Assembly: GCA_965248695.1 (NCBI GenBank)
Contig: CBDFKD010000002.1
Location: forward strand, 640,001-704,000
Direction of reading: 5' to 3'
DNA: 64,000 bases
Source of the DNA: Acidobacteriota bacterium
GTDB lineage: Bacteria > Acidobacteriota > UBA890 > WLXD01
Positions 40,005-50,180 of the stretch are shown here, piece after piece (positions within the stretch are counted from its first letter, which is position 1; each line of letters starts with the position of its first letter). The notes beneath the pieces are model-generated. The model ran no database searches. It was not told where the DNA came from and saw only the letters and a program-made list of their open reading frames with translations. Both the position numbers and the translations under genes were made by a program.

Positions 40005-42191
40005 TCACAGCGACTCGAGCTTGTGGGGCCAGGCTTCCGAATAGAATGGCTCGTCGCGCGCCAGCGCGCCAGCTACCGCGAACCGAGCTCCGTGCCCCTC
40101 ACCCAGCTGGTGGAGACGCGCCCGCGTGGCGCTCAGGCCACGGGCGTCGGCGTGACGGAAGACCCCGCCGCGGAACGGAGCGAATCCGATACCGAAGACC
40201 AATGCCAGATCGGCGGCGTGCGGCGAGGCAACAACCTCTTCTTCGAGAGCCCGCGCCGACTCGATCAGGAGAGTCAGGATGCACCGATCGACGATCGTCT
40301 CGGCGGTCTCGGCGTTGTTGTCTCGCTGCACGAGCTTCTCCACCCCCGGATCCGGCTGCGGCTGTCCACCTTCCGCATAGCGATAGAACCCGGCGCCGCC
40401 TTTGTGTCCACGCCGCCCAGTCTCGTGGACAAGCGCCGCAGCTTCGGCGCGCGGCGCCGCGGCGTCGAGCACGCTCTCGAGCTGGGCTGCCACCTTGGCG
40501 GCCACGTCGAGGCCGATCTCGTCGAGCAACCGCAGTGGTCCCATCGGCATCCCGAACTGCTCCAACGCTGAATCGATCTGGCGGATCGTCGAGCCCTCCT
40601 CCAACAGCAGCAAGGCTTCGTTCAGATATGGTGCCAGCACGCGATTCACGAAGAACCCCGGCGAGTCGGCAACCACCACCGGCACCTTGCCCATCGAGGT
40701 AGCGAACGCTGCAGCTGTTGCCACAGCGACCTCCGAGGACTCCGGTCCACGGACCACCTCCACCAGCGGCATGCGATGCACCGGGTTGAAGAAATGCAAT
40801 CCCACGAGACGCGACGGATCGCTGAGCGCGGTGGACATCGCACCGATCGTGAGCGACGAGGTATTGGTCGCCAGAACGGTCCTCGGAGAGGACGCCCGTT
40901 CGGCAGCAGAAAGCACCTCGTGCTTGACGTCGAGGTTCTCGACCACCGCCTCGATGATCAGGTCGGCATGTCGAAAGCCGGCGTTTTCCAGCGTCGGCGA
41001 GATCAAGCTCATGCCGCGGCTCACCTGCGAGCGACTCAACCGGCCCCGGCGTCGGCGATCGTCGAAATTCTCATAGGCCACCCCCATCGCCAGCCTCAGC
41101 GAGTCCATCGAGATGTCCTTCAGACGCACGGCAACGTTTCGGTAGGCGGCCAGCTGCGCGATCCCGCCCCCCATGATTCCGGCGCCCAACACTCCCAAGC
41201 GTCGTACTACGGCGGGTACCCCGGCGGCCGCGACCGACTGATCGCGACGTGCTGCCTGGCGCATAAAGAAGATCCCCACCAGGTTGCGGGTGACCTCGTG
41301 CACCACCAACTCCCCGACCGCCTCGGCCTCGAGTTTGAGCCCACGGTCGAGCGTCCCGCGCAATCCCCGCCGCACTGCCGAGAGAGCCGCGACCGGCGCC
41401 GGATATTGGCCCTTGGCGCGACGCGCGACGGTGCCCGCTGCCTGCCGGAACACCAGTGACCGTCCGATGGGGTTTCCTTCGAGGATCCAACGACGCAGGC
41501 GCCGAGTCAGCGGCCGATCCTCGGGCGCCGGTCGGCGCGGGCGCGGATGCGGCCGAGCTGCCCACTGGATCGCCGTGGCCCGCAAGAGTGGTGGGGGCAC
41601 AACGGCGTCAACCAGGCCGATGCGTCGCGCTCGGCCGGCTGCAGCGGATCGTCCGGTGAGCAGCATTGGCAGCGCGCGCTCCAACGACAACAACCTCGGT
41701 AGCCGCTGGGTGCCGCCAAAGCCGGGAATGATGCCCAGATTCACCTCCGGGAAACCGATCTCGACCGCGGTATCGTCCGCCGCGATTCGGTAGTCGCACG
41801 CCAGCGCCAGCTCTATGCCGCCACCGAGACAAGTGCCATTGATCGCTGCCACCGTGGTGAGCGGCAGCTCGGCGAGGGCCTGGAACGCTAGCTGGCCCTG
41901 GCGAGCGCCCGCGGTACCGGCAGCCGCACTGCGTACACCACCGATCGCACCCACATCGAGGCCGGCGATGAATGATCCGGGCTTGCCCGACGCGACGATA
42001 AGCCCTTGTAGTCGGCCCTGCTCGGCCAGGCCGCGCACCTCGGTCACCAGCGCGACGAACCGCTCGATGAGCTCGGGTGTGAAGCGGTTGTGCTGGCTGC
42101 CGGGCTGATCGAACTCGAGTACCGCGGTGCCGTCGCCGGCGATGTCCAGGCAGAGCCCGGCGCCGGCCACTGCGTCTTGCTTGCGACTCAC
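40005..42191 (-). CDS. fadJ: Fatty-acid oxidation complex alpha subunit (enoyl-CoA hydratase / 3-hydroxyacyl-CoA dehydrogenase)
   Basis: CLGGGIELALACD, PGFGGTQRLPR, GAGIMGGGIA, HFFNPVHRMPLVE; GTG start at 42191. Confidence 0.9.
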   Translation of the reverse strand: MSRKQDAVAGAGLCLDIAGDGTAVLEFDQPGSQHNRFTPELIERFVALVTEVRGLAEQGRLQGLIVASGKPGSFIAGLDVGAIGGVRSAAAGTAGARQGQLAFQALAELPLTTVAAINGTCLGGGIELALACDYRIAADDTAVEIGFPEVNLGIIPGFGGTQRLPRLLSLERALPMLLTGRSAAAGRARRIGLVDAVVPPPLLRATAIQWAARPHPRPRRPAPEDRPLTRRLRRWILEGNPIGRSLVFRQAAGTVARRAKGQYPAPVAALSAVRRGLRGTLDRGLKLEAEAVGELVVHEVTRNLVGIFFMRQAARRDQSVAAAGVPAVVRRLGVLGAGIMGGGIAQLAAYRNVAVRLKDISMDSLRLAMGVAYENFDDRRRRGRLSRSQVSRGMSLISPTLENAGFRHADLIIEAVVENLDVKHEVLSAAERASSPRTVLATNTSSLTIGAMSTALSDPSRLVGLHFFNPVHRMPLVEVVRGPESSEVAVATAAAFATSMGKVPVVVADSPGFFVNRVLAPYLNEALLLLEEGSTIRQIDSALEQFGMPMGPLRLLDEIGLDVAAKVAAQLESVLDAAAPRAEAAALVHETGRRGHKGGAGFYRYAEGGQPQPDPGVEKLVQRDNNAETAETIVDRCILTLLIESARALEEEVVASPHAADLALVFGIGFAPFRGGVFRHADARGLSATRARLHQLGEGHGARFAVAGALARDEPFYSEAWPHKLESL

Positions 42192-42238
42192 CGTCGGTGT
42201 CCTCTGGTCGTGCCTGGTCGCATTTCGGTCACGGCCTG

Positions 42239-43525
42239 CTAGCGTTGCAGGACGATGGCGCCGCCCTGGCCACCGCCGATACACATGGTTGCCAACCCAC
42301 GCTCCACCTGGCGACGGGCCATCTCGACGAGCAGGGTAACCACGAGGCGGGCGCCGGTTGTCCCCACCGGATGACCGAGAGCAATCGCCCCGCCATTGAC
42401 ATTCAAGCGCTCCAGCGGGATGTCCCCGACGGGGTCGTCGCGTCCGAGCTCTTCGCGTGCGAACACGCCGGAGCGGAAGCACAGTAAACAGGCCAGCACC
42501 TGTGCCGCGAAGGCCTCATTGAGCTCGAAGAGATCGATCTGGTCGAGACCGACACCGGCATCATCGAGCGCTCGCGGTGTGGCGAAGCACGGACCGAGAC
42601 CCATGCGTCGCGGCGAGAGTCCGCCCCAGCCGTAACCTGCGATCCGTCCCATGGGCGCATAGCCGAGTTCAGCGGCCGTTTCGCCATCCATCACCAGCGT
42701 CACCGCAGCTCCATCGGTGACCATACAGGAGTTCCCCGGGGTGACCGTTCCATGTCGGCGATCGAACGCCGGTCTGAGCTTCGCCAGGGCCTCCATGCTC
42801 TGGTTCGCACGCGGCCCCGTGTCGGCGTCGATCGTGGTGTCGTAGCGGGGCGGCACATAGACAGGGATACGCTCGGCCGCAAAGCGGCCTTCAGCCTCAG
42901 CCGCCACTGCGAGCTGATGGCTGCGAAGCGCGAACTCGTCTTGCTCCTGACGACTGATGCCGAACTCCTTCGCCAACACCTCCGCAGTCTCGCCCATGTT
43001 GAGACCACAAACCGGGTCGGTCAAACCGGTTGCCAGCGCGATCTCGGGCCGGAAATGGCGCGGCCGAAAACCGGACAACGCCGACAGCCGAGCCATTGGC
43101 GAGCGCGCCCGGTAGAGGTTCTCGAACACGCGTGCGGCGGAGCTGGAGAACAACAGCGGGTAACCGCTCATCGACTCGACCCCGCCGGCGACGATGATTT
43201 TGGCGCGACCGGCACGAATACGCTCGCAGGCCGCAGTGATCGCCTCCAGACCGGAGCCGCAATTGCGCTTCACCGTAACCGCTGGGATCTGGCGCGGCAG
43301 ATTGGCTCGCAGAGCGATCACCCGGGCGATGTTGGCGGCATCGATCGGATTGCCGGCGCAGCCGAGGATCACCTCGTCGATACGATCGGGCGCGACGTCA
43401 GCGCGCGCTACCAGCTCGGCAACGGCCTGGCGGCCGAGCTCGACCGCCGATACGCGCCGCAGCGTCGTGCCGGCCTTAGCGAACACAGTGCGCAAACCGT
43501 GCGTAATGACCACCTCAGTGGACAT
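42239..43525 (-). CDS. fadI: 3-ketoacyl-CoA thiolase
   Basis: RNCGSG, GGVESMS, NEAFA, GHPVGTTG, CIGGGQG. Confidence 0.9.
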   Translation of the reverse strand: MSTEVVITHGLRTVFAKAGTTLRRVSAVELGRQAVAELVARADVAPDRIDEVILGCAGNPIDAANIARVIALRANLPRQIPAVTVKRNCGSGLEAITAACERIRAGRAKIIVAGGVESMSGYPLLFSSSAARVFENLYRARSPMARLSALSGFRPRHFRPEIALATGLTDPVCGLNMGETAEVLAKEFGISRQEQDEFALRSHQLAVAAEAEGRFAAERIPVYVPPRYDTTIDADTGPRANQSMEALAKLRPAFDRRHGTVTPGNSCMVTDGAAVTLVMDGETAAELGYAPMGRIAGYGWGGLSPRRMGLGPCFATPRALDDAGVGLDQIDLFELNEAFAAQVLACLLCFRSGVFAREELGRDDPVGDIPLERLNVNGGAIALGHPVGTTGARLVVTLLVEMARRQVERGLATMCIGGGQGGAIVLQR

Positions 43526-45269
43526 ACATCTCCTCGATCAGGGCGGCGAAATCCTGCTCCACGTTGCGACGAACGAGCTTCATGGTCGGTGTCAGGTGGC
43601 CGTCCCTTACCGAAAAGGGCCTGTCGACCAGCCGGAAAGCGCGTGCACGCTCGTAGCGTGCGAGGTTCACCTGCAGCCGCTCGAGCTCGGCGGCAAACAG
43701 GTCACGCACCTCGGCCAACTGGCAGAGCGTCGAGTGATCGCCATGCAGTCCGTGCTCCGTCGCCCAGGCCTCGAGGCGCGAGAACGCCGGCACCACCAGT
43801 GCGGCGATGAACCGGCGATCGTTGCCGACCACCATCACCTGCTCGACCCATGGACTCGCCGAAATCGCGAGCTCGACCATCTGCGGCGCCACGTTCTTGC
43901 CGGTCGAGGTCACCAGAATGGCCTTCTTCCTGTCGGTGATCCGCAGGTATCCACCCGGCTCGATGGTGCCGACGTCGCCAGTCAGCAGCCAGCCTTGGCG
44001 TAGAACAGCGGCGGTGGCATCCGGATCATCGAGATACCCACTCATCACGCTGGGGCCCCGGACGACAATCTCGTGGTCTTCCGCCAGTCGTACCTCGACG
44101 TTGTCGAGCGGCCTACCGACCGTCCCGATGCGGTTGTCGCCGGGCGAATTCGTCGAGATGACAGGTGCTGTCTCCGTGAGGCCGTACCCCTGGATCAAGT
44201 CCCAGCCCATCGCCGCATACCACCAGTTCAGCTCCGGATCGAGCGCCGCTCCGCCGGCCGACATCACACGCATCCGACCACCGGTAGCCTCACGAACCTG
44301 GCGCAATACGAGCGCATCCAGCACCGGATGCAACAACGTGTTGAGAAGCCCCTCAGGCTCGCCTGCGAGCACGTCTCGCGCCCGGAGCATGCCGACCCGC
44401 AACGCCATCGCGTAGACACGCGAGCCTTCGACTCGATCTTCGATCGCCTGTCGCAGCTTCTCGTACAGACGCGGCACCCCGACCATCAAGGTGGGACGCA
44501 CGAGCCCGAAGTCGGTGCTGATCTCCGACGGAGAGCTGTAGGCGATGCGCGCCCCGGCCGCCAGGTAGCAGTAGTCGAGCATGCGCTCGTAGACGTGACA
44601 CAGCGGCAGCAAGGAGAGCGCCACGTCGGATGCATTCGCCGTCGAGCGCTCCCAGACGCCCTCGACATTGGCGACCAGGTTGCGGTGCGTCAGCATCACG
44701 CCCTTGGGCGGCCCGCTCGTACCCGAGGTAAAGATAATGGTCGCCACCGAATCCGGGCTCTCGGGTCCGTCGAAGTCTCCCTTGCTGACGGCGGGTAGGA
44801 ACTCATCCCAGCCCACCACTCGAGCGTCAGACTGCTCGCCGGCCGGCGTGTCGAGTGCTACGAGCGTGGTGAGATCAGGCAAGCTCTCGAGCAGCGATAC
44901 CACCTTCGCCGCCTGCTCCGGCGTATCCACCGCGACCACGCTACACCTGCTACGACGAAGGGAGTCGGATACTTGCGCTGCGGAGAGAGTCGGGAACAGC
45001 GGGACGAGGACCGCACCGAGCCGATGGCAGGCGAAATCGACGACGTGCCACTCGGGGCGATTGTCGCTGATCAATCCGACGCGACCGCCGCGTGCGATGC
45101 CCCGATCGCGCAGCGCGCTGGCACAACGGTCGACCTGCTCGATCAGGTCCGCAGCGCTCCAGGCATCGAAGCGATCGGCCCCGGCGCGCCGCACGTAGAG
45201 CAACTCGCTGCGCCCATCGGCGGCAACCCGATCGAGGATGTCACCGAGCGTCTTCATCGTCGGGCGCAC
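43515..45269 (-). CDS. fadD: Long-chain fatty-acid--CoA ligase
   Basis: FTSGTSGPPKG, QGYGLTE, TGDVG, TDRKK. Confidence 0.9.
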   Translation of the reverse strand: MRPTMKTLGDILDRVAADGRSELLYVRRAGADRFDAWSAADLIEQVDRCASALRDRGIARGGRVGLISDNRPEWHVVDFACHRLGAVLVPLFPTLSAAQVSDSLRRSRCSVVAVDTPEQAAKVVSLLESLPDLTTLVALDTPAGEQSDARVVGWDEFLPAVSKGDFDGPESPDSVATIIFTSGTSGPPKGVMLTHRNLVANVEGVWERSTANASDVALSLLPLCHVYERMLDYCYLAAGARIAYSSPSEISTDFGLVRPTLMVGVPRLYEKLRQAIEDRVEGSRVYAMALRVGMLRARDVLAGEPEGLLNTLLHPVLDALVLRQVREATGGRMRVMSAGGAALDPELNWWYAAMGWDLIQGYGLTETAPVISTNSPGDNRIGTVGRPLDNVEVRLAEDHEIVVRGPSVMSGYLDDPDATAAVLRQGWLLTGDVGTIEPGGYLRITDRKKAILVTSTGKNVAPQMVELAISASPWVEQVMVVGNDRRFIAALVVPAFSRLEAWATEHGLHGDHSTLCQLAEVRDLFAAELERLQVNLARYERARAFRLVDRPFSVRDGHLTPTMKLVRRNVEQDFAALIEEMYVH

Positions 45270-45416
45270 GTCGCTCCTGTTTCCCCCATGCGAGACAGAA
45301 CCTTACCCCATCACGGCTCGTGCGGGTCGCGAGCGCCGAGCACGTATGCGATCGTGACTGTATAGCGCTAGATTCGACAACCACCAGCAGATGGGCAGGT
45401 CAGAGAGAGCTCTGCG

Positions 45417-46592
45417 ATGTTCAGTAACGGCCGTCCCTTCTTCGCACCCATCCTGCTTCCGGCGGACCACGCAGCGCTTGCAGAATCGCCGCGACAGCAC
45501 GCCGCGATCCTCTCCGTGACCTACGCAATGAATCCACGCAACGCCCCGCTGTTCGACCTGGCGAGCGAGCGCGTCGATCGACTCTTCGTAGACCCGCGGA
45601 CGGCGTCGTTCCAGTTCGAGGGCTACCTGAGCATGGAGGACTACCGCAAGGTCCCCTACAGCCCCGGCAAGCTCACCCTCGGCAGCTTGTGGCAGCCGCG
45701 GGACTTCGCCCAGCGCGAGCGCCGGAGCGAGTTGATCGAAGCGGTCGGTGAGGCGCAGGTAGCGCTCGGCGCCGATGTTCTGATCGCGCCGTACTTGCTG
45801 GTGGCGGATGTGGAGCACCCGTGGCTGGCAATCGCCGGCGACCTGGCCCGGGAAGCGTTGGCGGCGAGGCGACGCCACCCGATGGCGGTGGCGGTCTGCG
45901 TCGAGATCGACGCCGTCCTCACGGCCGCAAATCGGGCCGCGTTATGCGACACGTTCCAGTCTCTCGAGCCGGAGGCGTTCCTGCTGACGGTGGTGAACTT
46001 CGACGAGATCGAAGCTAGCCCGGAAGAGGTTCGGGCGGTCAACGATCTCCTTCAGCGCCTGGGCGCCGGTGGTGTGCCGGTGGTGCTGATGTATGCCGGC
46101 CGCGCTGGACTGACAGCCATCGTCGCCGGCGCGGCCGGCTACGCGGGCGGCGGCCTGGAGCTCGAGTCGCACCCGAAGCGTTACTACCGCGAGGGGCTTG
46201 TCAATCTGCACGCCAATGCCTACTACCTGCCGGGCTGCATGCTCCGGCTACCGGTACGGCTCGCCGAAGCCGTTGCCCGCTGCACCCCCGAGGCACTGGC
46301 GACCGACGAGGGCAATCCCTCCACTAAGGTGTATCGGCAGCGTCTGACCGCCGCGTTGGCGGCGAAGCAGGCCGAAGCAACGGCCCTCGCAGAGCTTCCC
46401 GCCGATGCACGCGCCGGCTGGCTCCAGATGCGCCTGGATAGTGCCCTGGAGATTTGCCACCAAGCCCGGTCGGCGCTCGACGGGAACGCCGGCAGCTCGC
46501 GCCTCCCGGAGGGCACTTTCCACTATCTCGAGGTGCTGCGCGAGGTTGCCGGCGGCCCCGCGGCCCGACGCCCACAGCACCCCGACTTCTAG
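45417..46592 (+). CDS. Uncharacterised TIM-barrel-like protein (beta-protein / sce7725-like, tentative)
   Basis: LFVDP, LIAPY, GAAGYAGG, YYLPG pattern recalled by eye. Confidence 0.45.
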   Translation: MFSNGRPFFAPILLPADHAALAESPRQHAAILSVTYAMNPRNAPLFDLASERVDRLFVDPRTASFQFEGYLSMEDYRKVPYSPGKLTLGSLWQPRDFAQRERRSELIEAVGEAQVALGADVLIAPYLLVADVEHPWLAIAGDLAREALAARRRHPMAVAVCVEIDAVLTAANRAALCDTFQSLEPEAFLLTVVNFDEIEASPEEVRAVNDLLQRLGAGGVPVVLMYAGRAGLTAIVAGAAGYAGGGLELESHPKRYYREGLVNLHANAYYLPGCMLRLPVRLAEAVARCTPEALATDEGNPSTKVYRQRLTAALAAKQAEATALAELPADARAGWLQMRLDSALEICHQARSALDGNAGSSRLPEGTFHYLEVLREVAGGPAARRPQHPDF

Positions 46593-46682
46593 TGGGACAA
46601 GCCTGCGACGACGCTTGATTGTGCGATTATCTGCCGTATCGGTGAGCCTTACCCGTCTCGAAGACGTTAGCAGGAGGTTCTG

Positions 46683-47231
46683 GTGGCCTTTATCCGTGTC
46701 ATCGGCGAGGACGAGGCCACGGGCCCTTTGCGGCGTGAGTACGACACTGCAGTGGAGCGGGCGGGGCGAGTCTTCAACGTCCTCAAGATTCAGGGCGTGC
46801 GACCACGCGTGCTCCGAGCCGGAGTCGGTCTTTACGGGCAGATCATGCACGGCGACTCGGCGTTGACGCGCGCCGAGCGAGAGATGATCGCGGTGGTCGT
46901 GTCGCAGGTGAACGACTGCCACTACTGAGTCCGCGCCCACGCTGACGACCTCCGTGCCGAGGTCGACGACGCCGAGCTTGTCGATGCCCTGCAACGCGAT
47001 TGGCAGAGCGCGCCGCTGCCGCGCATCTCGGCACGCGCTGTCGCCCTCTGCCAGCACGCGGTCAAGCTCACCGTAGAGCCGGCAAATATCGACCGACAGG
47101 ACGTCGACCAGCTGCGACAGGCAGGTTGCAGCGACGACGCGATCCACGATCTGACGCAGGTGGTCGGGTTCTTCGCGTACTACAACCGGCTCGCCGACGG
47201 TCTGGGGATCGACCCCGAGCCTGACTGGTAG
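46683..47231 (+). CDS. AhpD/CMD-family peroxidase-related selenoprotein (CHYU), 182 aa with UGA readthrough
   Basis: EREMIAVVVSQVNDCHY-TGA(46926)-VRAHADDLR...KLT...YNRLADGLG-TAG in one frame; hairpin 46946-46965; AGGAGG RBS. Confidence 0.9.
46946..46965 (+). promoter_or_regulatory. Candidate bacterial SECIS element
   Basis: CGACCTC-CGTGCC-GAGGTCG; G at loop position 2; loop starts about 25 nt after the UGA. Confidence 0.7.
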
Positions 47232-47234
47232 ACG

Positions 47235-49337
47235 CTACCGGATGTTGACCGACATCTCGAACACCACCCGGCGACCTATGATGTCGCCGTATACGTGCTG
47301 CAGCATACCCACGTTGGTGAGATTCGTAGCCCGCACCGACGCCTCTGCGGTCCCTTCCAGGAACATGTATCCGAGCGATGCGTCGAGCGTCGTGTAGGCA
47401 TCGGTGTTGCCGAAGTATCGCGAGTCGAGCACGTCGGTCCAGTACGCGTCGCCGACATGATTGACCGAGGCCGCGTAGTAGACGTTGCCGGCCCAACCGT
47501 TCCAGGCGAAATTGAACCGATGCTCGGGCGGAATCCCGATTTCGTCGGCCGGGATGCCGGTGACCTCGGGGGCCGCCTGATACGAGTAGTTGACGATCAC
47601 CGTATTGCGCGACACGGGCAGGATCCTCAAGCCCACTTCTACACCTTTGTTCACCGTCTTGCCGATGTTGCGGTAGGTAAACCGCGCCGGCAGCGCCACC
47701 GGACCGAACGGCGGCAACAGGAACGTCGGCAACGACCAGCCGGGGGGCGGGTTGAACGCCGTGTAGATCTCGCTGGTGTAAAAGTCGATGCTGTCTTTCG
47801 TTTCCGTTCGGTAGGCGGCGAGATCCCAGGAGAACTTGCCGTTGTCGACCGAGCCCCGATAGCCGACCTCGAACTGATCGAGACTCTCCTCCACCAGGTT
47901 CGGGTTGCCGACGACGGTCGACGGAAAGATGATCTGCCCGATGGGCGGGCCGGCGTCGACGGCGTTGAAGATCTCGACCTCGAGGTAGTTGTTGACCAGC
48001 GAGGGGGCTCGGAACGCACGGCCGAACCCGGCCCGGATCACATGGCGCGAGGAGCCGGTGGGATGGATCAGGATGGCGCCGCGCGGTGAAGTGACGGCAC
48101 CGTCGATGACGTCGAAGTAATCGACCCGCGCTCCAGCGTGGATCGACAGATACCGGTTGATGTCGATGTTGGCGTTGGCGAACCCGCCACCCTCGGTGCG
48201 GTTGTCTTCGCCGGGGGCAATCGACAGATCGAAGCCCAGCTTACGGAAGTTCCCGCCGTAGGTGATGGCGTTGTCACCAACAAACGACGTATTCGTGGCC
48301 GAGAAATCGTAGGTCTGGCTCTTGAATAGGAACGGCAGACCGTTCAGCAGGTTGACCGCGTCGCCGTCGATGAAGTTCGCGTAGACGCGGAAGTTCCAGG
48401 TGCGCCAGTTGTAGTCCACACGCGCGTACGAGAACGTTGTCCCGTCGAAGATCGAGAATGGACCGATCCCCGTGTGGATCGTGCCGCCGGTGCCGGCAAT
48501 GCCGCTCGAGAAAGACAGATTCGAGTCGGGTCCGGTTTCCACATCAACGCGTGCATCAAACTTGGGCTGCCGCGTTCCTTGATTCGGGAACGTGTCGCGC
48601 GAGATGCCGTTGGGCAACGGGCCCGGCCGGCCCCACGGGTCCTGGGTGGAGTAGGCCCCGGTGAGCCTGAACGACGTGTTTCCGCGAATGCCCGAGTACG
48701 TGATGGAGGCGAATCCGGTTCCGCGCTCGCCTCCGCCCATGCGCACCCGGAACGCGTTGCCATATTGCCGCGGCGTCTTGGTGATGATGTTGACCACGCC
48801 GCTGAGCGCGTTCGCGCCCCACACCGCCGAGCCCGGCCCACGAATGACCTCGATCTGATCGATCTCCGAGAAGTCGAGCGGCAATAGATCCCAGGCCACA
48901 AAACCGAAGAAGTCCAGGTACACGGTTCGGCCGTCAATGAGCACGAGCTGCGACGCATCGAGCGTGTTCGTCGACGATCGCGCCGACATGCTGACGTCGC
49001 GGGCGCTGGTCTGGGTGACGTTGAGGCCGGGAACGCCACGCAGCAGGTCCGCGTAATTCTGCGCCGGGCTGAGAGCGATGTCAGCGGCGTCGATCACGGT
49101 GATCGCGGTCGGCGCCTCGAGCAGCAGCTCCTCAGTCTGAGATGCCGTAACGACTACGACCTCTTCGATGTTCACCGGCTGGCGATCCTGCTCCTGTTGT
49201 CCCTCTTGGTCCTGCTGCCCCTGCCCGTCGGGATCCTGCAACGGTACCGCCAGCTCAGCCAGCGCGACTGTCGGCGTCGACAGCGCTACGAACAACGAGA
49301 GCGCCAGTAGCGGATGCCACGTCGACACGAGCCTCAT
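47235..49337 (-). CDS. TonB-dependent receptor
   Basis: EVVVVTAS TonB box, LVLIDGR, IEVIRGPGSAVWGANALSGVVNIITK plug. Confidence 0.93.
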   Translation of the reverse strand: MRLVSTWHPLLALSLFVALSTPTVALAELAVPLQDPDGQGQQDQEGQQEQDRQPVNIEEVVVVTASQTEELLLEAPTAITVIDAADIALSPAQNYADLLRGVPGLNVTQTSARDVSMSARSSTNTLDASQLVLIDGRTVYLDFFGFVAWDLLPLDFSEIDQIEVIRGPGSAVWGANALSGVVNIITKTPRQYGNAFRVRMGGGERGTGFASITYSGIRGNTSFRLTGAYSTQDPWGRPGPLPNGISRDTFPNQGTRQPKFDARVDVETGPDSNLSFSSGIAGTGGTIHTGIGPFSIFDGTTFSYARVDYNWRTWNFRVYANFIDGDAVNLLNGLPFLFKSQTYDFSATNTSFVGDNAITYGGNFRKLGFDLSIAPGEDNRTEGGGFANANIDINRYLSIHAGARVDYFDVIDGAVTSPRGAILIHPTGSSRHVIRAGFGRAFRAPSLVNNYLEVEIFNAVDAGPPIGQIIFPSTVVGNPNLVEESLDQFEVGYRGSVDNGKFSWDLAAYRTETKDSIDFYTSEIYTAFNPPPGWSLPTFLLPPFGPVALPARFTYRNIGKTVNKGVEVGLRILPVSRNTVIVNYSYQAAPEVTGIPADEIGIPPEHRFNFAWNGWAGNVYYAASVNHVGDAYWTDVLDSRYFGNTDAYTTLDASLGYMFLEGTAEASVRATNLTNVGMLQHVYGDIIGRRVVFEMSVNIR

Positions 49338-49413
49338 CCAAAACCTCCTCGAAAGCGGGACAGCGCCGCCAGCTCACGGCCGCACGACAATCTCTACGTT
49401 ACCCCGCGGCCTG

Positions 49414-49469
49414 TGTTTCTAGAAGTCTCAGCTCGACTCGATGTTTCTAGAAGTCTCAGCTCGACTCGA
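49414..49469. repeat. Perfect 28-bp tandem duplication
   Basis: TGTTTCTAGAAGTCTCAGCTCGACTCGA at 49414-49441 and 49442-49469. Confidence 0.95.
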
Positions 49470-49986
49470 GCGCGGCGATAACAGCGCGCAGTAGTTCGCC
49501 GTAGGCGTCGATGTCTTCCGACGAGATTTCCTCGGCACGGGCAAAGATCCCGCCCACATCCTTGAACAGGATGTCGCTCACCTCGGTTCCGGAACTGGTC
49601 ATGTAGGCCTCACCGAGGCCGTTCCATCCGTAGTCGGTGGCACGCAGCGTCATGATGGCGTGGGTGTTGAAGGCTCGCTGCGCCGCGGTCATGTCACCGG
49701 AGTTGAGCGCCTGATAGAAGTCGTCGATCGCGTTGCCGCGAATCGAGCCGCGCGACAGGAACAAGAACAGCGACACCGACGTATCAACAACGAGGATCGT
49801 GCTACGCGATCCCGGCGCCGGGGTCACGAACACTTCCCCACCCGTACCCTGGACCAGCTCGCGAATGCGCTCTGCCAGCGCCGCCTGGTCTTCTTGCGCG
49901 TCCGCGACAACGCTAGGACCGAGTCCAACAGTTGCAACCAACGCAGCGACAACGATGCGGTGCCGAAGCCGTGATTCGTACCTCAA
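49456..49986 (-). CDS. Secreted hypothetical protein
   Basis: Signal peptide ending ADA-QE; start uncertain. Confidence 0.7.
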   Translation of the reverse strand: MRYESRLRHRIVVAALVATVGLGPSVVADAQEDQAALAERIRELVQGTGGEVFVTPAPGSRSTILVVDTSVSLFLFLSRGSIRGNAIDDFYQALNSGDMTAAQRAFNTHAIMTLRATDYGWNGLGEAYMTSSGTEVSDILFKDVGGIFARAEEISSEDIDAYGELLRAVIAALESS

Positions 49987-50180
49987 GGTACCTGTCTCCC
50001 GGGGGATCCCCCCCTTTAGGTCCGTACACGGTAGCAAAGCCGCCGAGAGGGCTCAACAGCTAGCAAGGCTGCGCGGCCACCGGGGCGCCCTTTCGGCAGC
50101 ATGTGTGACGGGCGGCGCGCGATCGGCTGCGGCGATTCCAACTAGAATGTCGAGCATACCTGCTCCAACAACAGGCCGAC

